Shown: positions 52,328 through 63,962 of the stretch, piece by piece | Position numbering within the stretch: the stretch's first letter is position 1 | Layout: every line of letters begins with the position of its first letter | NCBI GenBank assembly: GCA_030295235.1 | Contig: AP026127.1 | Location: 1 to 64,000, forward strand | From: Fistulifera solaris | Taxonomy: Eukaryota | Direction: 5' to 3' | DNA: 64,000 nt | Translations under genes and position numbers: made by a program | The notes under the pieces: generated by a model | What the model was told of the DNA's origin: nothing | Seen by the model: the letters and a program-made list of their open reading frames with translations, nothing else | Databases searched by the model: none

Positions 52328-55300
52328 ATGCATCGAATCAGTCGTCTTTCGAGCAAACGTCTCTTACGAGGAAGTCACCGATCCTCCTCGTCGTCGCATC
52401 CCCGAGGGTTCCTCGTTCCTTTGTCGAACACAGCAACGTCGCTTGGTCGTTCTTCGCCGCAAATCACACACTTTCATACGTTTCATACGCCCGATGAACA
52501 TCCGCCGGTGACCGGAGCCGCCAAAACGGCTCCTTTTACCAAGCTCTTAGCAGCGAATCGCGGAGAAATTGCGACCCGCATTACGCGGGCCGCCAGTGAA
52601 TTGGGCATTCCGACGGCCGGCATTTACAGTCATGAAGGTGATTACGAAAGCGCGAAAGAAAAAAGAGTGAAATATTCGTAACTCAAACTTTAAAGAACGC
52701 TAACAATTCCTTCTTTCGACAGACCGCTTTACGCAACATCGTTACAAATGCGATCAAGCGTTTGAATTGGATGGATCGAAAAGTCCGGTCCAACAATATC
52801 TCGATATTCCCAATATTGTAAAAATTTGTACGCAAAACCACGTGCAAGCGGTGCATCCCGGCTACGGATTCTTGAGCGAGAACGAACATTTTGCAACGGC
52901 CCTCGAAAAGGCCGGAATTGTCTTTGTCGGTCCGACCGTCGAGAATCTGAACATGTTTGGTGACAAGACGTCGGCACGGAATATGGCGATTGCATCGAAT
53001 GTACCAGTGGTACCCGGAAGTACCGATGCGTTTGCCAGTTGGCAAGAAGCGCGCGATTGGATTGCCGATCCGATCAACAAGTGTTCGTATCCGGTCATTG
53101 TCAAGGCACTCATGGGTGGAGGTACGTCAAAAGAGAAAGAGAGAGGAAGAAGTGTCTCTAATGTTATTCTGTCTGCGATTAAAAAGAATGTTCACTCACC
53201 CATACCATATCTTTTTTTATAGGCGGCCGTGGTATTCGGATTGTGCATACGGCACACGAGTTGGAACCCATGTTTTTGCAAGCATCGAACGAAGCCGCGA
53301 ATGCCTTCGGAGATGGTCGGTGCTTTGTGGAAAAGTACGTCGAACGACCCCGACACATTGAAGTACAGTGTTTGGGAGACGGAACCGGCAATGTTGTGCA
53401 TTTGTGGGATCGGGATTGCAGTGTGCAGCGTCGTCATCAAAAAGTGATTGAATTGGCGCCAGCGGCAGGCTTGAAAGAAGAAACGCGGACGCAGATTTTG
53501 AATGATGCGGTGCGCTTGTTGAGTGCCGCAAAATATCGCAATGCCGGTACCGTGGAGTTCTTGGTCGACAAGAATGGAAATCATTATTTTATGGAAGTCA
53601 ATCCGCGTGTGCAAGTCGAACATACCGTGACGGAAGAGATTGTCGGAATCGATATTGTGCAGTCGCAAATTTTGATTGCGTCAGGAAAAACACTGCCGGA
53701 GCTGGGTTTAACGCAGGATGCTATTCCGTATCCGAAGGGTTGTGCGATGCAGTGCCGTGTGACGACCGAAGATCCGTCGCAAGACTTTCGTCCTGATACA
53801 GGCACTATCAGTGTCTTTCGTTTGCCGGCGGGTATGGGGATTCGACTGGACGATGGACCGGGGTTTCCCGGTGCTCGCATCACTCCACATTACGATTCTC
53901 TGTTGGTCAAGATTACCGCAAAAGCTCGCAATCGTCGTGAAGCCGCCGCAAAATTGCGACGTGCGCTGCGTGAGTTTCGTGTTCGTGGAGTGAAAACCAA
54001 CAAGAGCTTTTTGTTGAATGTGTTGGAGCATGATGACTTTCTCGATGCCTCTGTGGATACTGGATTTATTGCCGCAAACCCGAATTTGTTGGCGCCTCTT
54101 CGTGAAAAAGATCGTGCGCAAAAGTTGTTGCATTACATTGCCAATGTGATCGTCAATGGTACACCCAAAGAGTTGGGAGCGATTGGACCTCCTCCTTCAC
54201 CGGTTGATCCTTACATCCCTACGATCCATCCAAAACCCGATCAACTCATCGGTCGCAGCTTGAAGCATATTTTTGACGAAGAAGGGCCCGAAGCATTTGC
54301 GAAAGCGGTTCGCAATCAAAAAGGACTTTTGCTCATGGACACGACTTGGCGTGATGCCCACCAGTCGCTTTTAGCAACTCGCTTGAGAACCATCGACATG
54401 CTCAACATTGCTCCGGCAACCCGTGTGGCTCTCAATAAGGCGTATTCGTTGGAATGTTGGGGCGGTGCAACCTTTGATGTTTCCCTCCGCTTTTTGCGGG
54501 AATGTCCCTGGGACCGTTTGGTCGCCTTGCGAGAGGCGGTTCCGGATATTCCGTTTCAAATGCTGTTGCGTGGCGCCAATGCGGTGGGATACACGAGCTA
54601 CCCCGACAACGTAGTCTTTGAGTTCTGTCGAATGGCCAAAGAAACCGGAATGGACGTTTTCCGTATCTTTGATAGCGTGAATTACATCGAGAACATGAAG
54701 TTGGGCATCGATGCAGTCGGTACTGCAGGCGGTATTGTGGAAGCAGCGGTTTGCTACACAGGCGATGTATCGAATCCGCATCGTGGTCAATATGATTTAG
54801 AGTATTACATGAACTTCGTTCGTCAGTTGACCGACCTTGGTATTCACGTGCTGGCCGTGAAAGATATGGCTGGGTTACTAAAACCGGAAGCTGCGACATT
54901 ATTGATTGGAAGCATTCGCGAGGAGTTTCCCAATCTACCCATTCACGTGCACACGCACGATACGGCGGGTACAGGAGTTGCTTCCATGATTGCTTGTGCC
55001 AAGGCGGGTGCCGATGTGGTGGATGCGGCATCCGATGCCATGTCGGGTACGACGTCTCAGCCCACGCTGGGAGCTCTGGTTGCCAGCTTACAAGGAACCG
55101 AGTACGACACTGGCTTGGATTTGACACAGATCCAGGCACTAAACGAATACTGGGAGGAATGTCGTGGATTGTATGCGTCTTTCGAATCGGGTCAGAAAAC
55201 CGGCAGTGCCGACGTTTACGAACACGAGATGCCCGGTGGACAGTACACCAACTTATTGTTTCAAAGCACGCAGCTCGGTTTGACGGGACAGTGGTCCAAA

Positions 55301-56196
55301 GTCAAAAAGGCGTATGCCATGGCGAATCGACTGCTCGGCGATATCATCAAGGTGACACCTAGCAGTAAAGTCACTGGCGATTTGGCTCAATTCATTGTCG
55401 CGAATAACTAGACCGAGCAACAAGTCATCGACAATGCGGAGAATCTCAACTTTCCGAAAAGCGTCATTGAATACTTTCAAGGATACTTGGGCATCCCTCC
55501 GTTTGGCTTTCCCGAACCACTTCGTAGTGGTGTCGTCAAGGGGCAAACGATTCCAGGTACCGATGGGTTGACAGTGTTCCAGGGCCGTCCAGGTACTGAC
55601 TTGAAACCGTACGATATGGACAAGGCTCGAGCTCGTTTGGAAGAAAAATGGGGCACGGTTCGCAATGTCGACGTGATGAGTGAAGTCATGTATCCGGCCG
55701 TGTTCAACGAGTTTCAAGAATTTAAACATGAATTTGGTCAACTCGATTTCTTGGACACGCGGACCTTTTGACTGGTATGAAAATCGGACAAGAATTGGAG
55801 GTCGAAATCGAAGCCGGTAAACAATTGGTAATCAAGTTGAACAGTATTTCGGAACCAGATCGCGATGGTATGGTGACGTTGCAGTTCGAATTAAACGGCA
55901 CACCTCGCAGCGTCCAAATTCAAGACAAGAATACGGGGATTGCCAAATTTTCACGCCCCAAGGCGATGAAGAATGTTTTGGGCAGTGTCGGTGCCCCGAT
56001 GCCCGGTGTCGTCGTCGAGGCCAAAGTCAAAAAGGGCGAAACCGTCAAGAAAGGAGATCCGTTGTTGAGCTTGAGTGCCATGAAAATGGAAACGACCGTG
56101 GCCGCACCGTGCTCGGGGGTTGTCTCGCACGTGGAAGTGACGCAAGGAGACGAAATCGCCGCTGGAGATTTGTTGGTGGAAATTGTCGAGTCTTGA
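52328..56196 (+). CDS. PYC: Pyruvate carboxylase, probably mitochondrial (in-frame TAG and one frameshift in this sequence)
   Basis: Biotin carboxylase motifs [30 protein letters not shown] and [12 protein letters not shown]. Carboxyltransferase motifs [22 protein letters not shown] and KVTPSSK. Biotinyl motif AMKM. R/S-rich transit peptide. Introns 52638-52722 and 53122-53222. TAG at 55409-55411; T-run frameshift at about 55766. Confidence 0.96.
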
Positions 56197-56409
56197 TCGG
56201 TGACGTAATGAATCGATTAACTCACTCAATAGTGCCGAAATGGATTTCTCACGCTTAGTTTTCCAAGCAAACCGCAACAGAGACCAATAAAAAAATTTCC
56301 GAGCCCAAATATTTTCAAAATTGAACATTCGTCTCTAGCTTGTTTGATTATTAGACTACGAAAAGCAACGCATTCGTCCAAAACCAGAACTCGAACGGCG
56401 CCTCGTCGT

Positions 56410-57063
56410 TCAATGATCATCGACCTCGAAACACTCACGCCACCGCTGACGACACACATCCAGCCCTAGTCGATTCAATTTCGCTTGATTCCGTGACGGC
56501 AAATACTCCAAGTCGGGATATCCACTTTGTACGGCTTTTAAGACATCTTCTTGTCGCAACAAATGAAGGGTCGGATACGGGGATCGAATCGTATAATCGC
56601 CGGCGTGTTCTTCTTCTTGTTCAGCGTAAGTTTGATGTTTCGCGGCAGGATGAAACAATACCAGCTGTACGAGGTCGCGATAGTCGTCTCCAATGGCTTC
56701 ATCTTGCAACGACCACGACAATCGCACAAAATCACGAAAATGGTAAACAAACGAATGCTCGCGGCTGTCATTCAATACAATTAATGTCGTTTCATGCGTC
56801 TCGGAACGATCTTTGCCGACTAATTTTTTCACTTCGTCACGCACATCTTCGATGGCTTGCTGCGGTGTTTGTGCTGTCGAGGCAACAATTCGCAGCAACT
56901 TGTCGTCGTGCTGCAACAACGGCGCCGCAAACGGACACAATTTTTCTTGAACGACAATGGTTCGCAACCATTTCAACGTTGCCTGTTCTTTTTGTAGAGC
57001 TCGTTCCGCCGCTGCTTTCGTAGCAAAGTCTCGACGAAGAAGCCAGCGAGAAGAACGCATCAT
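56410..57063 (-). CDS. DUF1415 family protein
   Basis: Motifs WLRTIVVQEKLCPFA, QLVLFHP, YTIRSPYPTLHLLR and RN..KL. Arg-rich, possibly mitochondrial, N-terminus. Confidence 0.85.
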   Translation of the reverse strand: MMRSSRWLLRRDFATKAAAERALQKEQATLKWLRTIVVQEKLCPFAAPLLQHDDKLLRIVASTAQTPQQAIEDVRDEVKKLVGKDRSETHETTLIVLNDSREHSFVYHFRDFVRLSWSLQDEAIGDDYRDLVQLVLFHPAAKHQTYAEQEEEHAGDYTIRSPYPTLHLLRQEDVLKAVQSGYPDLEYLPSRNQAKLNRLGLDVCRQRWRECFEVDDH

Positions 57064-57411
57064 ACGGTGGGTTGCATCGGTAACATGTTTGCTCTATCTA
57101 TTATTCATCTGCATTTCCTTGCGAGAAGCATCCTGCAAAATTACTGACGACTCATTTCAAGTCAGTCACGACCAGAATACGGCATGTTGTTTCTTCATCC
57201 ATCCTACTAGTCTCTAGTAGTTGGAATGGAAAGCATTCGGACGTGCTGCACTCTTGTGCTAAGAAATAACTCGATTACTTGGCTTTCATCCATCCTTGCC
57301 TTGTTGTGCCAAGCTACTAGCGAGAAAAGACCATTCTATACTAATCTTGAGCGACCGGCTTGTTCCTGATCGAGTGAGTATTGGCGGAGCACATCTTGCC
57401 AACCAATCAGT

Positions 57412-57570
57412 CAGATTTTCTGGATGAACGAAATCGTCTATCCCCGATTTTCTGGGAACTATTATTGAAAACAAACACACCTCCCAGGGTTTCTGTGTAA
57501 GTTACCCGGAGTATGAAACACGCACCTGCACAGATTTTCTGTAAATATGTGAAATTATACAGATTTTCTG
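57412..57570. repeat. Cluster of five CAGATTTTCTG-like palindromes upstream of DUF285 copy 3
   Basis: Exact CAGATTTTCTG at 57412, 57531 and 57560; variants at 57444 and 57485. Confidence 0.65.
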
Positions 57571-57710
57571 TGAGAACGAGGGTGTGTGCGCGCGCAAAAA
57601 AGAATAATGAACAATGCACCGTCGCTCGAATCAGAATAGCAAAACCGTCGTTTGTTGTGCTTCTTCTTTTCTTTCGTAAAGCAATCCTACAGCATACAGC
57701 TTTGTGCCTC

Positions 57711-58644
57711 ATGAACGTCTTTGATTTCTCCTTTAACTGGTTGCCCCGCCGCAGTCTCTTTTGCGGTCGACCTTCGTTGTGCCCCAACGGACGACGATCC
57801 TTTTGCGACGCGCGACGCTCTAGGCCTGCAAGAATTTGTTGCCGTTCGCACGGAGCCTCAGCCGAATTGTTGGGATGGTGCGGCCGTGACGGATTTTAAC
57901 GGCTTGTTGGCCGGATTTGATACGATGAATGAACCAATCGGGGACTGGAATACTTCGGCCGTCACTGTTATGACTTCCATGTTCTTGGGAGCTGCAGCTT
58001 TCAATCAACCGATCGGTGAATGGGATACTAGTAAAGTTACAAATATGAACGGAATGTTTGTAGCGGCTTCGGCTTTCAATCAAGACATTCGTAATTGGGA
58101 TACGAGTGAAGTCATCGATATGGCGAATCTTTTCTTTGAAGCGGCCGCGTTTAATCAACCCATCGGAGGCTGGAATACCGCCAAAGTCAAAGATATGAAT
58201 GGCATGTTTCATTTGGCTGCTGCCTTCAATCAGAATATTGGTGAATGGGATACATCTCGCGTCATTAGCATGGAACGCATGTTTGCGTCGGCCTCGTCTT
58301 TCCATCAGAATATCGGCAATTGGGACACATCCTCCGTCACTACAATGCAAGGTATGTTCGATTCCGCCTCCCGTTTCAATTCAGACATTGGAAACTGGAA
58401 TACGGCCCACGTCACCGACACGTCCGTGTTGTTTGCCTTTGCGTCGCAATTCAATCAAGATTTGAGTGCGTGGGATACAGCAAAAGTCACCGACATGTCC
58501 TTTCTATTCTTTCAAGCCGCTTCCTTAAATCAAGATTTGTGTTCGTGGGTAAGGGCGCCAGTTTTGAAAACCAACATGTTCACGGGATCGAGTTGTCCCG
58601 AACACAATACGCAGTTGGCGGATACGTTTTGTCGGGCCTGTTAA
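57711..58644 (+). CDS. DUF285/BspA-like repeat protein, 9 repeats (copy 3)
   Basis: Start MNVFDFSFNWLPRRSLFCGRPSLCPNGRRSF. One extra T at about 57801 shifts into the repeat frame. C-cap CPEHNTQLADTFCRAC. Confidence 0.88.
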
Positions 58645-58799
58645 AGCAGTGTTATCGAACAAGAAAAGTGTCGTTGTCGCCCCGAAGAACGATGTATCGA
58701 TCGATGCTGTCACCAATTGGAGCAAGTTTCTGTATTTTGGTTGGCTCTATACATCTTGGTTTCGATGTCAAAGAGGGTATTCCCTCGATGAGGTGTGCG

Positions 58800-59655
58800 A
58801 TGCATGACTCCTTCGATTCGTTCGCAACCCGTGACCCAGATTGGCTCGCTGGAACTACCGTTTGATCCGATTTGTCCGACTGGAAAGCGAACGATCGCCA
58901 GCAAAGGCCGATCTCATTGCTGCCATAAATGCTCATTTGCTCTCACCGTCCGATCCGCCACCGAACTGTTGGGATGTATCTGGAATCAAAGATTTCAGCG
59001 GTCTGTTTCAAGTTAAGTTCGTTCAATGAGCCGATCGGCCATTGGAAGACGTCGGGTGTCACGACGATGGCATCGATGTTTGACGAAGCGGTTGCATTCA
59101 ATCAGGATATTAGCGAATGAGACACTTCCGCAGTCACGAACATGCTGTACATGTTTTTTAGTGCTGGAGTATTCAACCAACCCATGGGTACTTGGGATAC
59201 CGCAAGAGTCATATGCGATCGCTTACAATCAACCCATCGGTGACTGAAATACGGCCAAGGTCACGAGTATGGAAGGGATGTTTGAAAACATTCCAGTTCT
59301 TAACCAGGAAATTGGAAATTGGAACACCGCCAGGGACACCGACATGTAGTACATATTCCAACAAGCTTTGTCGTTCCACCAAAATATCGCAAATTGGGAC
59401 ACGTCATCAGTCAAAAACATGGCGTTCATGTTCGAGCTTGCTACAGCGTTTAACCAGCCGACTGGGGTATGGGATGTTGCCAAGGTGACGAACATGAATC
59501 AGATGTTTAATCAGGCTGCAGCGTTCAATCTGAATATGTGTGCTTGGAAGGGCATTACGGCAGGCGCCACAAAGCAAATCATGTTCACTGATACGAGTTG
59601 CCCTCAGGCGAGTGAACCATCAGGTAACTTTTTCTGTCGAGAACGCGTCGTCTAG
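58800..59655 (+). pseudogene. DUF285/BspA-like pseudogene, paralog of copy 5
   Basis: In-frame stops TGA 59118-59120, TGA 59245-59247 and TAG 59347-59349, an internal deletion at about 59211, and frameshifts. C-terminus AWKGITAGATKQIMFTDTSCPQASEPSGNFFCR closely matches the 60255 gene. Confidence 0.85.
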
Positions 59656-60254
59656 AGAAGACCGTCAATGGAAGGTGCTTGGTCAACGACGAGACGTCAT
59701 TTAGACATGAAAGATCCAATCGTCCTTTCTAAACTTTTAGTAGGAGCCTCAAGTATAGCCAAAATCACGTGTCTCAATAAGCTCTGAAAACAAACTTGTG
59801 CAAGGGAACAAGCTGCTATTTCGGGGATACGTTTAGCTTTCGCAAGGCCTGCGATCCATTGGATTAGAATATTGTTGTCTCGACACAATGTAATGGATCC
59901 ACGTTGCCATCAACGTTCATGTGTCAACGTTTTGCTCCGTACATGATATGTCCGCAACGAACTAACTACGTAAGGACGAACTAACGAATGAAACGAAGAC
60001 CCGTGACCAATTGGCGCGTGACTGGTGAAGTGCGCCCGTGGAATAATAACCTTACTGTAGACACTGGAGAGTTTTTGGCGCGCACGAGTTGACTATAGAA
60101 GATAATGTAGAAAATGGCGCGAATGGCAAAACTGGCAGGATGGCGCCAATAAAAGAAAAAGGCAAAATTAACGATTGCTCTCATTTCACACTTCTTCGAA
60201 CACCGTCGTTTTCCTAACATCAGTATTTCACTCTCGTTGCCCCTCAACTAAAAG

Positions 60255-61140
60255 ATGCTAGACTACCATTCACCCTTTTCCCTCTTTACCCGTGAAAATC
60301 TATTTCTGCCGTGTCGCGATCGTTCTCCTCCGAATCCTTGTCCGAACGGAACTCGACCGATCAACAACAAAGTCGAATTGAAAACTGCCATTGATGAGTA
60401 CCTTATTACACCCAGTGATCCGCCACCGAATTGCTGGGACGTTTCCGGAATCACCGACTTTTCTGCCCTGTTCCAATCCAGTTCCTTCAATGAACCCATC
60501 GGAAATTGGGACACTTCGGCCGTCACGACGATGGCGAACATGTTCGATGAAGCTTCATCATTCAATCAACCCATCGGCAACTGGGATACTTCCGCTGTCA
60601 CCAACATGGAATACATGTTCTTTGCGGCTACAGCATTCAATCAACCCATTGGTAATTGGGATACTTCGGCGGTCACCCTTTTGGAAGGCATGTTTTATGA
60701 CGCTACTTCATTCAATCAACCGCTCGGCGACTGGAATACGGCTCAAGTCACCAGCATGTTGGGAATGTTCGAAAACACGCAATTTAATCGAAACATTGGG
60801 AAATGGAACACCGCCAAGGTCACCGACATGTCGTACATGTTTCAAGAAGCGACGTCGTTCAATCAGAATATCGCGAATTGGGATACATCGTCGGTCACGG
60901 ATATGACGAACATGTTTTTCAATGCGGAAGCCTTCAATCAACCGCTCGGGACATGGAATGTGGCCAAGGTCACCAACCTGAGTCAAATGTTTCGTGAAGC
61001 GGCTTCCTTCAACCAGAACATGTGTGCTTGGAAAGACGTTACGGCAGGCGCCACGAAGCAATTCATGTTTACGGATACGAACTGCCCTCAGGCAGATGAA
61101 CCCTCCGGTAACTTTTTTTTGTCGAGAGTGTGTGGTCTAG
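60255..61140 (+). CDS. DUF285/BspA-like repeat protein, 8 repeats (copy 5)
   Basis: Start MLDYHSPFSLFTRENLFLPC. Removing one T from the T8 run at 61113-61120 gives NFFCRECVV* with stop at 61138-61140, matching the paralogs. Confidence 0.9.
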
Positions 61141-61854
61141 AAGTTTATTTTTTATTTCATGATTGTCAGTTGATCGTCGATAGTAACGTTGCTTTGCCCA
61201 TAATTTGTTTAGTTCCTCTTCAATTTATGTATTTCTTGATTCCACGCGCTTATTGTCGGCTTACTATAAAACAACAGTAATGATATGCATTCAAAATGCA
61301 AGAGAAAGTTAGTTTGCATCGTTTGGTCGGGAGTTCTTTTCATTCTTTTGTCCTTTTGCGGATATTCATGTTTTAAAAGGTGTGAACGGATTACAGGTTA
61401 AATAATTCCTGCATTGCAAAAAAGATTAGCAAGATTACGACTGAGTATTATCTTACAAGGATCATCATCAGCATCCAAATAGTCGTTGATCGTATTCGAT
61501 CGCTGGATGTACCTATCATCATCGGTTTGTGGAGCCTCGCCTCGTTAGATTTTTATGACGGATCCTTCGTGGGGACGTGACTGACGTCGTTCGTGACTTG
61601 AAACTAAGTTCGTTCACCGAACGAGAAGTGGAGGTACAATATGATGTTATAGTTAGTCCCCACTCTTTATGTTTCTCTGTCCGGAAAAAAGACATTCGTG
61701 AATAATTACTTGTGCAGAAGCTGTACTAACGCGACAAGGGCAGTCGTACACGTGCCGCACGCAAAAGCCGCAAAGAAATCAAGGAAAAAAGTAATGCGAC
61801 GATGGCGCGATGAGAAAATCGTTGGCCTATTTGAAACTTCCTTTGTTAAGCAAA

Positions 61855-63126
61855 ATGGACATTACTTATCGTTCTCCCTTTTCGCTGTTCGCACGCAACA
61901 ATCAATTCTTGCCATGCCGCGAGCGGGCACCCAATCCTTGTCCCAACGGTCGACGATCCTTTCCAAACAAAGGCGCTCTCCAAGCGGCCATTGTCGCCTA
62001 TGATCCATCCGAAATTCCGCCCATGAATTGTTGGGATGTTTCGAGAGTAACGGATTTCAGTGAATTGTTTGCCCTGCTACCGACTTTCAACGAACCCATT
62101 GACAACTGGGATACGTCACGAGTTACGACGATGCGAGGCATGTTCCTGGAAGCAAAAGCCTTTAATCAATCCATTGGAGGATGGAATACAGCCCGTGTGA
62201 CGGACATGGGTTACATGTTTCAACGCGCTTACGCGTTCGATCAGGACATTGGCAACTGGAATACCGGAAGAGTCACTTCCATGCAAGGAATGTTTCAATT
62301 GGCGACCTCGTTCGATCAAACTATCGGTGATTGGGATACTTCTCGAGTCACCAACATGATATTTATGTTCGAGTTGGCTGAAGTGTTCAATCAACCCATT
62401 GGAGGATGGAATACGGCCAAAGTGACCGCCATGAGTCATATGTTCAGTCATGCGCTTGCGTTTGATCAAAATATTGGTGATTGGGATACCGGAGAAGTCA
62501 CAAATCTGCTGTCCGTGTTTTCTAACGCTGAAAATTTCAATCAACCGATCGGAGGGTGGGATACCTCCAAAGTCACCACTATGACCGGTATGTTCTTGGG
62601 GGCCTCAGCGTTCAATCAAGACATTGGTAGGTGGGATATTTCCCAGGCGACCGAAGTGTCTCGCATGTTCCAAGGGACGGCCGCCTTCCACAAACCCATC
62701 GGTGATTGGGATACCTCGCGAGTGACGACTATGGAGAATCTGTTCGATAGTGCAATATCATTCAATGGTGATATCCGTGCATGGAACACGAGCTTAGTCA
62801 CCACCATGTACAAAATGTTTGCGAATGCTATTGCGTTCAATCAAGACATTGGTGAATGGGATACTGGACGCGTTGGTGACATGGGATCGATGTTTACAAA
62901 TGCCACGTCCTTCAATCAAGACTTGAGTGAATGGAACGTGACCAGTGTAAACGACCTAACGGACATGTTTAAGGACGCTTCTGTTTTTAGTCAAAACTTG
63001 TGCGCGTGGAAGGATGTTACCGCTCTCGTGTACAAGACAGATATGTTCATCGCGACGAGTTGTTCGCAAGCCAAAACTCCTTCCGGCAATTTCTTTTGTC
63101 AAGAGTGTCCAGTTGCTTCAAACTGA
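61855..63126 (+). CDS. DUF285/BspA-like repeat protein, 13 repeats (copy 6, intact)
   Basis: Start [21 protein letters not shown], 13 W[DN][TVI] repeats, C-cap CSQAKTPSGNFFCQECP. Confidence 0.93.
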   Translation: MDITYRSPFSLFARNNQFLPCRERAPNPCPNGRRSFPNKGALQAAIVAYDPSEIPPMNCWDVSRVTDFSELFALLPTFNEPIDNWDTSRVTTMRGMFLEAKAFNQSIGGWNTARVTDMGYMFQRAYAFDQDIGNWNTGRVTSMQGMFQLATSFDQTIGDWDTSRVTNMIFMFELAEVFNQPIGGWNTAKVTAMSHMFSHALAFDQNIGDWDTGEVTNLLSVFSNAENFNQPIGGWDTSKVTTMTGMFLGASAFNQDIGRWDISQATEVSRMFQGTAAFHKPIGDWDTSRVTTMENLFDSAISFNGDIRAWNTSLVTTMYKMFANAIAFNQDIGEWDTGRVGDMGSMFTNATSFNQDLSEWNVTSVNDLTDMFKDASVFSQNLCAWKDVTALVYKTDMFIATSCSQAKTPSGNFFCQECPVASN

Positions 63127-63962
63127 CGATTAGTGACATGTCAACTAGTTCATTTCGAAGAATCTCATTGATTTTTTTCTTCATTTATCGACAATACACC
63201 GACTTGTTGATTCCACGCTCATAATCCATCATTAATCTACACACCAATAGTAGAATCCTTCGCCGAACTTCGACATGCGAATGTTTTGAGCCCGATCTCT
63301 GTAAGATCTACCGCTTTTCATCGTATTGTAGTCACCGTTCACCGACTGTGTTCCAGAAACGTCCAGACACGTTCTGATTGGGTTTACACGGTGAATTGTC
63401 GTCTACAACCGAACGCTGTCTGTTGCTGCATGATTTTCGCCGTTCATTTTGGATCGCCAACAGATTACTGTTGGTCGGCCTGGTAACCATTTCTCGTATT
63501 TGCCGGCAACTTTTTCTGTCGCCAATAACGCTTGGCGTAAAACCATGAATGCCGTAGTACAAAAATAACTAAAAATCGACGCCCGAACTATCTCTTCTTC
63601 GCTAGCATAGTTATCCCAGTTCTAGCGTGCTATAATAGAATCCACTTTTCGATTTCGTCCATTTGAACGTCCGCACTCCGCACTTAAAACACTCGTGACT
63701 TAGGATTTCTACTGTGGTTTTGAGAGTAGTCTGGTCGCGAGTTCCGAAAAATTCATGCGAATAAAAGTTTGGCGCGAAGACGCGAATGAAGCGAAAATAG
63801 GAAAATACCAGGTAAGACAAAGGGAAAGAATTACAAGTAAGCCTCATGGCTCATTGATCCAAAAATCGAAGATCGCTTTCAATCCATAGTCTCTAAACAA
63901 CTTCAGTCGTCCTTTTCCTGCTTGTCTCTTCTATTTCTTGTTCGATAGCTCTCTTGAGAAAA

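Noticed and set aside
59118..59247. TGA-as-Trp recoding suggested by two TGA codons at conserved Trp sites
   Set aside because: The same copy also has a TAG, a deletion and frameshifts. TGA is a normal terminator in neighbouring genes (for example 56194-56196 and 63124-63126), and intact copies use TGG.
61141..61280. Hydrophobic C-terminal extension (apparent TM anchor) of the 341-aa DUF285 ORF
   Set aside because: It arises from one extra T in a T8 run. The paralogs end FCxxC shortly after this point.
61748..61756. ACACGTGCC resembling reported diatom iron-responsive promoter motifs (a related word occurs near 42817)
   Set aside because: One or two 8-mers are expected by chance in 64 kb, and I found none exact in the putative iron-cluster promoters.
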